Positions 54,059-64,000 of a stretch of DNA of 64,000 nt are shown one piece after another. The position numbers and the translations under genes were made by a program. Source of the stretch: Parasitella parasitica NRRL 2501 (lineage: Eukaryota; Fungi; Mucoromycota); NCBI GenBank assembly GCA_025201805.1, contig MU619237.1, positions 489,552 to 553,551 of the forward strand, in the 5' to 3' direction. The first letter of the stretch is position 1, and every line of letters starts with the position of its first letter. The notes beneath the pieces are model-generated. The model searched no databases. It had not been told where the DNA came from and saw nothing but the letters and a program-made list of their open reading frames with translations.

Positions 54059-54773
54059 ATATTCATTGTGCTTTTTTTTTTTATTTTGTCATTTTAACCA
54101 CACATACACATACATAATACATACATCATACACATTTTATATAAAATATGCATATTTGTCAAAATAAAATCCACCAAATGTTGCGACCATTAAAGTATCA
54201 TTCTCCACACATGCAGCATGAAAATCAATTAACATGACAAAGTCACCTTCCTGATGCAGTCGACTTGATGTGTTGATACACCTTGTCTCAATAGCACCGG
54301 TTCTTGCATATCTTTTCTCACACAGTATCGGTCATTGGATTGAGTATCGTTAAAACCCCAAAACCACTAATGAATTGATCCACGTAGCGTATTATTAACC
54401 TTTTTTGGATATATTATCCAGTGTCGAATCAACGCCTTAATTTCACAAGGTTGCCAAGTATAATACAACAATAATTTATATGTAGAATAGTACCTTGTGT
54501 GGACTTTTGTAATCATCGAGCTCATACTTAAGCTTGAACAACCTTTATAATTTGTTGATGTTACATTACTTAAGAGGGGTTTGACCAAGGAAGATGGCCA
54601 GTTCAAATTTTACAAAAACTGGCAACTAAACATAAAATACAACAGCTGCTGAAGCGAAGGCCACAAGTATTGTTTGAAGTACAACATACAATTTTTCTAT
54701 TCAGTATCCTATAATTATTGAATTATCTGCTTACTTGATAGACCTATGTCGTATAATGCAAACAAACACTCTA

Positions 54774-57060
54774 CTAGTTTCTAAACTAATGCAATTCCAG
54801 TAAGAACGAGCTTCGCTACGCTACGGTAAAAATCGACCTTCGTTTACGCGGGGTCCATCTCGCTCTACGAGGCAGCCAGTCTCCGAAATAAATGAAATTT
54901 TATTGTATTTATGGAATATAAGAGGAAGTAGTATGTCATAATGATTGTACTGTCTTAATGGAAGACTTCAGTAAAGACGATGTTTCTTGTGCAATTGAGT
55001 GGAATTCGTTTTTGCTTCTCATCTTCAGATTGCTCTATAAGAACTTTTATAGAGCTAGGATTTTGGACTCTCGAAAGGGCAACATATAATTGGCCATGGG
55101 AAAATACAGGCTTTGGAAGGTATAAACCCACCTTTTTAAAAGTTTGTCCTTGAGCCTTGTTTACAGACATTGCAAAGGCAAGCCTAATGGGAAATTGGTG
55201 TCTTTGGAAGCTGATAGGGGACACATCAGGTGAATTTAAAGATATTTTCGGAATAAGGACCACATTTCCAATTTTTGAACCTGAAATGATTCTTGCAGAA
55301 ATAACATTTGGGAGAAGGGCCTCGATTGTCAATCTTGTACCGTTACAAAGACCGGTAGACGGGCTTGTGTTTCTCAACAGGATTATAGGACAATGCTGTT
55401 TAAGTTTCAGTAGGTGAGGAGGAAGACCACCAACGTCAATGTTGTTTATCATTTCTGGGGGATATTGTACTTGAGCTACCTCAGAGGAACATTTGTCGGC
55501 ACTACGATATATGACCTCTTGGCCAGAAATTTGAGCAAGCATGATATTATTTAAAATCTTGACATCGGCATTCATTGGTGTTGTAACAATTGAGTTAGGG
55601 TGAGCATGTCTACCCAGAGACGGGATGTCAAGCCTACATCCACTGTACCCAAAAGTGGGAGTGTGCTATTGATAAGGGAATGCAGGTCGGTACCAGGATT
55701 CAACATATCCAATGATATGGGAATATAACCGGCGTCAGCAGTAGGCGCAAAATCATTGCCGTTAAACCTGAATCCCAGAACCTCACCATTACCAACAAGC
55801 AAAGGATAATTGGCAAAACTTTGCTGTTGATTAGCAAGGACCATATCATTAGAGTTTTGCGCATTAAGCACTCGCATATTCACTCTCAATCTGAATACCC
55901 GAAAAAACTTCCAAAGTCGAGACATATTGATGCATTGGTTTATAACGCCAGGCCTTGCTTGTTTTCTAATCACGGTTAAAATTTGTCTGAAGTCACCGCC
56001 AAAAATCATTAGCATACCACCATGTAAAGAATCATAATGTTGATACAGTTCATTAATTCGTTGAAGCCATCACCTTCCACATTATCTTTCAAACGAAGAA
56101 CGATATCCCTGTTGCATGGTTGGATGTTGAATTCATCCTCGCCACCAATTATCAAAACTCCAATCTCATCTGTATTCGGCAAACATCCAGACTTCTTTTA
56201 GCACGAAATGTCATGCGAATGTTCGGGATTCCACCTGCCTGTTCTGCACTGATTTCTTCCATGGATTTGAACAAATCCAAAAAGGGATTGACATCGTGTA
56301 TCATACACTGCAGTATTTGCATTATGAGGTCTTATATCAGGGTTCCCAGCAACATTCAATCTGTTCTGCAGCTTATTTGCTGAATCAAAGATATCAATTT
56401 GCACAATTCTAAGGTTGCTGAATGATTTTATGGAGATCAAAGCAGGACTTATCAAATGATAGACACTTCTGTGGATACGAAAAGCACAAGCGCCGTCTTT
56501 CTCATTAGCGTATATTCTATCCAGGTCAGCATTCATTGATGTAAAACTAAGAGCAGAGTTACATGTCCTATTGTTTTTTTAAAAGCTCCTTCCCAACTGC
56601 GTCGTTTCTTGTAAGATAATCAACAATTGTCGCTGGAAGTGGTCGCAGTGGTGCAGCCATCGCTTGACCTGCTGCACAGTACATTTGAAAAATAGGGGTG
56701 CCAATCTTTCTTTCCCCAATCCACATGGACGCCGCACATAATGAGCACACTACCTCCATTGTTCCAATACCATGTCTTGGAATTTCTGTTAAAGTGGGAT
56801 TTCGCGTAATGCTGGCATTTGTTGACGCTGTGGTCTCCAAATTTGTAGGGTTTCTTGCACAGTTTCTGTGGGTAGTACGCAAATGCCCTTCTCGTCCACA
56901 ATGGCGACATATGACAGCATTTGTATTCCTTGAGTTGAGTTTAGTCAAAATTATTAGGGTTTCTAGCACAATTCCAACGAGTGGACCTAATATGACCTTC
57001 TCTTCCACAAAAAGGGCAAGTGACAATCAATGGGGTATTAATTGGGTTCATGGCACACTC
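54774..57060 (-). mobile_element. Internally deleted, degenerate Helitron (N-terminal zinc-finger region plus PIF1 helicase C-terminal half)
   Basis: CSLCAASMWIGER...FQMYC..GQ and SALSFTSMNADLD...FRIH.SVYH (Helitron N-terminal domain). FGGDFRQIL, LCNGTRL, QFPIRLAFAMSVNKAQGQTF and VFSHGQLYVALSRV are PIF1 motifs. Candidate 3' CTAG|T at 54774-54777; 5' end not located. Confidence 0.9.
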
Positions 57061-57545
57061 TCTGTAAGTGGTTCTACTATGGCTCTCTATTCCACAGAAA
57101 CAAATAATGACTACTCAACGATTAAATTATATGAATGTTATTTTGTTTAATACTCGCTATTCTATGATATAAACGTACTTTCTTCAGCCAGGTTGTTCCC
57201 TTTACTTGAGTTCATGGCACAATCTCTATGGGCTCTTCTTCTATGACCCTTTCCTCCGCAAGATGAATACCTAAAAGCTACTGCTCAATTTGAAGATTAA
57301 TTTTAATCTATCAAAGCTCATGGTAAGTATGTTATATCCTACACTCTCTTCTGTACTATTCGACCTGAGCATATTAACGTTTCTCAAAGGTCAAAAGTAC
57401 ATTTCGGCACTGAATGTTTACATCAGATGTGACCGTATTCGGTAACTGGGGCTGTGAACTAAGTTGCTAACTATCAATTATTCAAAATTTCAACATTGTA
57501 TATTATGTTGCTATATTTAATGGCTCTTTACTGAGGCCTGTCAGC

Positions 57546-58530
57546 AATTATAAACGAAGATTTGTGTTTTCTGCTAAATTTCAATAAAAACATCAATACA
57601 AATTTTGTTGTCAGCGGATAGCAGTGGGCCAACGCTATGTTATTCATATTTTGATCACTAGATCACGATTCTCCTACGGTTCTTTTAGCAGAAGTTATGA
57701 CCAAATATCTGATATTTATGATGATCATTGATCTATCAGAAATGAATTATTAGTTCGAAAAAGTAAAAACTAATCAGGCGTAGAATATTGTTTATTATAT
57801 AATGGGATTGATGTACACTCTTTCAAATGATATATCAATATAATGAAAACTCACACCAATGAGTAAAACATCAGATCATAAAATATTTTGACATGACATT
57901 TGGGATACATAAAATCTACGCAACTTCTCGGGCCTCTTCACCAGAGCCTTTCTCCTGACATTGTTTTCCTCATTTCGTAGAAAGTCTGTAGACCCTTTAT
58001 TTTATGACAAATATATTTAACGGATTTTTTTTTACCTAGCTGGTTTCTATTAAATTTTTTTTATTGATAAAATCGGGTCAATCGAGAGGATTTATATACT
58101 ATTCGAATCGATGCAATTGATGTGAAGATGAGGTATTAGATGGAATGGTCTACTTGAATAAGATAATACATTTTATTTCTATTGTGAGGAAAAATATACC
58201 CATGATTGTGAAAAATTCTTAGTTCGACATTTGAATCGCGCGACTTAGAACTGATACATCACTAACTTTTGCTAAAATCACCGTAGAACCATGATCTAAC
58301 TTGAAAAGCTTGGCGTTGACTCACCTCTATCTGGCAACAACGTTGGCTTCCATGTTTTTATTACTAACCATAAAGTTATCACATGATATCACAAATTCAC
58401 ATATCAGAATTGCATATAATCCATCATACGCTTCCATAAAAAGCAAATAAACCCTGTCTTATGCGCCATAAATACAGGCATGATCATCGCTATATGAGCA
58501 TAACTTGCTTTCCACTGGCCAATGTCTAAA
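57546..58530. mobile_element. Foldback/MITE-like structure: two R2 repeat copies in inverted orientation around a ~0.5-kb AT-rich spacer
   Basis: 57560-57700 (+) and 58258-58400 (-) are diverged reverse complements (tttgtg...aataaaaacat...gatag...caacgc...tagatca...ctacgg...tttagca.aagtta). No TSD identified. Confidence 0.55.
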
Positions 58531-60149
58531 GCTCGTGTCGAGATATAAATGTAAGTATATAGTGTCACCCGTTCTAATGGTGCCATCTCTAGCGTACAGT
58601 ATACCTTGTATAGTATAAATCTGTATTGTACATCTTATTAACTGTGCACATTTATAGTCTATATCAATTTAACATAACTGGATGAATCCAGAAGAGGAAT
58701 GTAGATCATTATAGTGAATGTATTCGACAGTAAATGAATCAGATAAAGAAGATCTCATTTATTACATGGAAAATATCTTGGTTTATACACTAATGAATCT
58801 AAATGAATTGATAGGGGGGGTTTAAGGTGAAGTGTGAGACATGGTATGATTTAGAGAATTAAACAATAAATTGTATCCATTGTCCATTGACATGTCATGT
58901 TGAGTTATAAACATGGAACATGATCTATTGAGATATGTCCCTGGATTGCGCTCAGTTTCGAGTTTACTTGAGTTTGACTTCCGGTTGGGAAATTGACAAA
59001 CCATTCTAGGCATGGCATCTTTTTATAATTGTTCTTTTACTATTTCTAACGATATCAAGCTGTATCATACTGTATCGGATTCCCTATTCTCTCGTTAAAA
59101 TATATACAATACACGGCTTATTGACCGTCAGCATTGTAGAATGAAAAAATCATAATTTCACGCACTTTTTAAAAGGATGAAGCTCTTAATTGATTAATGA
59201 ATGAATGTAATATCATCGTCGTTTATGTCAACGTTACAAATAGTGACACCGACAGTTTTAACATGGAACATGATATCAGTTTAGCGGGAAGATGTGTACT
59301 GTGCCAGGTCTTGAAAAGGGGGTACAGAAGCAGATGACTGTACATAGGGCCTTTAACTGCATTTTTTTTCGATGCAAGCTTAGCATCAATTTTCCCTCAA
59401 TGTAAAAAAACAAAACTCTAAACCTTTCTCAAGAGACCAAATCCAAGGCTGCGAACCGTCTAATTTTATAATTTATTAGAAATACCGTAAACATGCTCTG
59501 TAGGAATGTATAAATGAAAGATTCAGTCCATGGCATAGTCTTTAATTGAGAATGAGACACCTCGTTGTTCTGGTTTACATCCGCAGTAACATTTGTTTAT
59601 GTGAGATCATCTTGCATGTTTGGTCGTCGATATACGGAAATTTCTGGAAACTGCTGCGGTTTGCTACAATTTTCAATATACTTTAACCATGGAAGCTTCA
59701 AAGGATTATTGTATTTGAGAGTAAACATCTGATGTGTTAGTAACATTTGAATAGTCTTGATTCTAAAGTGATGCAGTATAGCTTTGCAAGTCATTTCTAC
59801 TTTTTTACATACAAATAATCATGCAGAGGAAGAGGCTTTATATCTAGCAACAATTATAGTTAAGTAACATTATTGCACAAGTCATAATGCAAAAAAATTA
59901 TACGATAATACTGCCTTTGCCTGACCCATGGTAAGTTTTCACTCTAATCAAACGTAATCTAGATATCTAAAAACTACTTTTTAAGCATGGTTTTCAACGT
60001 CATTTCCTTCAGGCATTTTACCCGATTTAGAAACATGTCGAATAGCGATATCATGCAAGAAAAAACTTTTCATTCAACATGTTATAAAAAGGTCGAATGT
60101 AGTGTGCAACACCTCCTGCTGTATTTCTTTTTGCTTCTACAAACTTAAA

Positions 60150-61946
60150 ATGAATCTACTTAATAGTTTCATTTTAGGCCTATTGGCTTCAACAGCACTA
60201 GCGCTTGAAATAAATAACATCATCGAATACAATGTTGTTGGTTTGCTCAACCAAAGTGAGACAATGGGCGTTACAGTAGACAATGCTACTTATCCATTGA
60301 AAATACGTAGCAATGATACGAGGATCTTACACTCTGGAATGGCACCAACAGCTAAATCAGGTTACAACTATGTTCGAATCTATCCAAATAACACTGTAGT
60401 TAAAGAATCCTTCAAGCGAGCACCGGTAATTCAAAATACTGTAAACGAGTTCTTCAATCGTACATGGAACAACTATTCCATTGCCCAATTTCCCCAAATC
60501 TATCCGCCCTTGGCTTCCATCAAGCGTGTAACATCTCAATTGCATAAGGAAGGCCAAATTCCGTCCATTCATATTTCGGGTAACCAGACTTTATTTGATA
60601 AAATGCATGGCAACAGCACAGCGGATCTGTCTGTCATGTCTAATGTTTCTTATGTCAGTCTCAATGACAGCTTGTTCTATCAAGATGTTGAAGTATCTCT
60701 TGCAGGTCGTAGTTCTCGTTGGTTTCCTAAACTATCTTACAATCTGAAGTTGGATAAGAAAGACAGACTGTACAAGTATAGAAGAGTCAAGCTTAGGGCC
60801 CTTGCAACTGACCCGTCATACATTCGTGAGCAACTCGCTTACGATATTGTAAAATCCGTCGGCCTCGCCTCTTCAGAGTTTTCATTCGTACGTGTCTTCA
60901 TGAATGATCAGCCGTTAGGTCTCTTTGGCATCATTGAAACATTCCAAGATCCATGGCTGGCGAATACTTTTGCTAATGGAAGTAATAGCTATGAAAACGG
61001 CTATCTTTATCAAGGAGTTTTTATGAGTCCTCAATCTGCTGCTCAAGGCCACATATCTGATTTAAGTTACATTAGCAATGCCACTGCTTATGGCGATGGT
61101 CAGTACAAAATTAAGCAAGAGGCCTCCAAAGGAGACAAGGTTAATTGGGAACCTTTACAAGACTTTACAAAATTCATCTCCACTGCTCCTACTAATCAAA
61201 GCGATTCTGTGGCTACATGGAAAAAACATCTGGATACTGATTCATTTTTGAGATCGTGAGTATATATTAGGCAAGCCATGTAAATTATCAGGGAAACTAA
61301 CACACCGGCGTGTTTTATCAGAATGGCTCTTGAGGTTCTGCTCGGTTTCGCAGACGGCTACTTTGCAATGGCAGACAACTATTACGTCTATCAAAATTTG
61401 AAAGCAAACAACTACATATACATTCCTTCAGATATGGATCTAACTCTGGGATCAACCATGTTTAACCTAACACAAATGTGGAGCGGTAACTACAGCACCT
61501 TCCCTGGAATAGAAACAAGACCCTTGATGGAAAAAATACTTCAGGTTCCTCAGTTCAATAAGCAATACAACGAATTGCTATTAAACTTTACAAATATGCT
61601 GATTAATCCGAACAAAACCAATGACCGTATTGATGATTTGGTGGATATGCTTCAAGAAGATGTTGCTTGGGACAAGACTATTCCTCGTATAGGTAGCAAC
61701 ATTTTTGGACAGATCGATCCTACTGCAGCGGGTAATGATACATCTAGCATCTTGGGCGCTGTTTTAGGATCTGCCATTCCCATGAATATGGATCCAGCTA
61801 CCGCGGCTAACATGGCAAAGCGAATCAACGCCAGCATCCCGTTCATGACAGCAGTTGATGGGCCTACAGGATATATCTCTTTAGCCGGTGTCAAAGAGTG
61901 GATTAGCATCATATCTCAAAATGTCACTAGTTTTTATCAGTCTTGA
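60150..61946 (+). CDS. cotH: CotH spore-coat protein / atypical secreted kinase (2 exons)
   Basis: Signal peptide, LAGRSSRWFPKLSYNLK, KLRALATDPSYIREQLAYD, RVFMNDQPLGLF, DGY...NYYVY and IPSDMDLTLG. One intron at ~61257-61321. Confidence 0.93.
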
Positions 61947-62029
61947 ATAAAGTAGAAATTTGCATATATCATAAATGAGGTGCAATTTATAGTAAGGATA
62001 TATTTTCGCAAAGAAAGTATATATGCAAA

Positions 62030-64000
62030 CTATCTGGAAATGTTCAGATTGTCCATCTCCTTTGTTAGCTTGCTTTTAAATCGAGCTTTGATAATTTCTT
62101 GGTCTGTCCAGCCATTAAACTCATCTACTGAAGAAACGTCGTCAGACTCTTCATCAGAATCGAAAGTATTGGTGTGATCTTCCGTATCGAATTCGTCATC
62201 CGAGACATGGCGATGATCATCAATAAAAATGGCAAAGACTTCATCGTGTAATCCATCTACTGACGATAAAGACGAGGATTCGCTCGAATGTTTCTTTTGC
62301 TGCAATGGTGGCGAGGATGATCGACTCTGGTTAACTGATGAACCAGAGGTTTTTCTTGGATGGTTTTTAAGACTGATATTAGTGCTGCTCCCGTTCAGAG
62401 TAGTCATAGACAGCCCTTGATGTCCATTGGAATGCTTAGGCGTCGTGGGCGTACTTTTCTGTGCGCCTCTATTAGATTCCACTATAGCAAAAGACTTTTG
62501 TCTCTGTCTCTTATTCCAATGCAAACATTTTGATAGTGAATTGAACCAGTCAGTAGCTTGATCCTGCTTACACACAGTCGGGAACGAGTACTTTGAAGCA
62601 TTGACCTTGATATGATCTCCTTCTACAGTGCGCAGAGCCGTTGAATTAATCTTGTTATTTCTTTTCGTGTCTATTAGATATACGCGACTTACGTTTTAAC
62701 TCAATCCTTCCTCGTCCATCAAAACTAGCCCAGGCGGTAGTCCGGGAATTAAATGGTACGCAAATACGCAGCTCCATGGAATCAGGCACTAAAGTGGGTC
62801 TGAATGAAAGGGTGTGTGGACATATCGGTGTGATTAGTGTAGCGCGTATTTCCGGGTGTGTTAAAGAGCCATTTGCAGACAACTAAAGCATATGCATACA
62901 AGATTAAGCTATCGTGTCACCATCGGTATATACTTGTACACTTACGGAATATGCTGTACTACCCGTAGGCGTGGATATGGCTAGCCCATCTGCTTGGACT
63001 GTAGTCAAATGTTTGTTGTCTCCAAATAACTCTAATAAGCTCATGTATGGGCTTGGCCCTCTATCAATGACCAAGTCATTTATTACTTGATATTTCTCCA
63101 CAGGTACTGTTGTAAAGCAGGGTATTTGTCTCTTCTCTGCAAATTCATCCTCGGTCTCGTCTAGTTCTTCTTCTGTTCCATAGTCCTCCCCATCTACTTC
63201 GCCAAACTTTTTAAGGTGTTTCTTTTGTTGTTTTGCTGTACACCAATCTCCAATTTTGATTTTTCCAGTAATGGGATTACGTGAAACATTGCGCAGGTTG
63301 ACAGACTTCTTTTGATCCTCACTTTGATACTCTCTTCTGTATACTGTGCAGGTTAATCTCCCTCTTAAATTAACTCTCATGCCACTGTCCATCACTTTTG
63401 TGAGATACATGTCGAATTTCTCAAAATCAAATGGAGTAAGAAATCCCAGTGATCCTAGATGGAAAGGAATGACAGGTGGGACATAGGTTTGAAATAGCCA
63501 TGATGCAAACAATACAGTGCCATCACCGCCGAGCTATTGGCATAAACATTTGATTTAGATTGATTACCTTTTTATATACTTGTAATGTCCTCTATATATA
63601 AATGATATGCAACTTACGGTGACGATGAAATCGAACATTTTCGGTTGAATTGCACACAACTCAGGGGTCCAAAACTCCAATCTCTCTTCTGCTTCTGGAT
63701 AATGCTTTAAAATTTTCTGATATTTGAAGCGTCTGGAAGACTTCAGCTTTTCATCGACGAATCTGATAAAAAAAAGTTTTAAAAATCGACATTTAAGGAG
63801 TTTGGCTTTTTTTCACTAATTACACTTTGACGCCTTGACACGCTTTCGATGTTTTCATAAACCAAAGTGCCAATTCTCTTGTTATGCTAATCAAGGAGAT
63901 ATCTCCAGGCTTAGTTATCACCATAACAGTCTTTGGATTGTCCCATTTGACCTTGGTTTTCCCTAGTTTCCAACTATAGTTGGTATTATACCACAAATGT
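62030..64000 (-). CDS. NAD+/NADH kinase (Utr1/Yef1-like); 5' end outside the window (spliced)
   Basis: LGGDGTVLFAS, FHLGSLGFLT, NDLVIDRG, QADGLAISTPTGSTAYS, TPICPHTLSFRP and ASFDGRGR. Confidence 0.94.

Noticed and set aside
1-64000. tRNA, rRNA, CRISPR arrays or prokaryotic-type systems
   Set aside because: None recognised by eye; the window is spliced eukaryotic DNA. Small ncRNAs cannot be excluded without an Infernal/tRNAscan search.

Overview
Eukaryotic, intron-rich, AT-rich fungal DNA. A CotH gene, short ~50-70 nt introns and the gene set point to a Mucorales-type early-diverging fungus (inference; species not determinable). About 20 spliced genes can be read: ABHD13/Bem46 hydrolase, Zrg17-like CDF zinc transporter, DIP2, ERF2-like DHHC palmitoyltransferase, a probable Mediator Med29/Med2, MRX11 (FLILHELTA), a C2H2 transcription factor, RBM39, LCB2, ALG14, VTC1, SIP5-like, a Cdc11/Nud1-like LRR protein, a coiled-coil/SH3BGR protein, PheRS beta, a Cdc24-like OB-fold protein, a GPI cell-wall protein, a CAMK-group kinase, CotH and an NAD kinase. 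Repeat-rich tracts lie at ~25.8-31.2 kb (Tc1 relic, unknown repeats, orphan pseudogene), ~44.1-45.8 kb and ~54.6-58.6 kb (internally deleted Helitron plus a foldback-like repeat). Most notable: (1) two near-identical ~1.3-kb non-coding cores in inverted orientation bracketing a 15-kb block of housekeeping genes; (2) two convergent genes whose stop codons overlap; (3) at least five GC-AG introns required to keep reading frames; (4) a CotH without an obvious GPI signal. I found no convincing new biological system; these are leads. Exon boundaries were read by hand and gene spans include introns.
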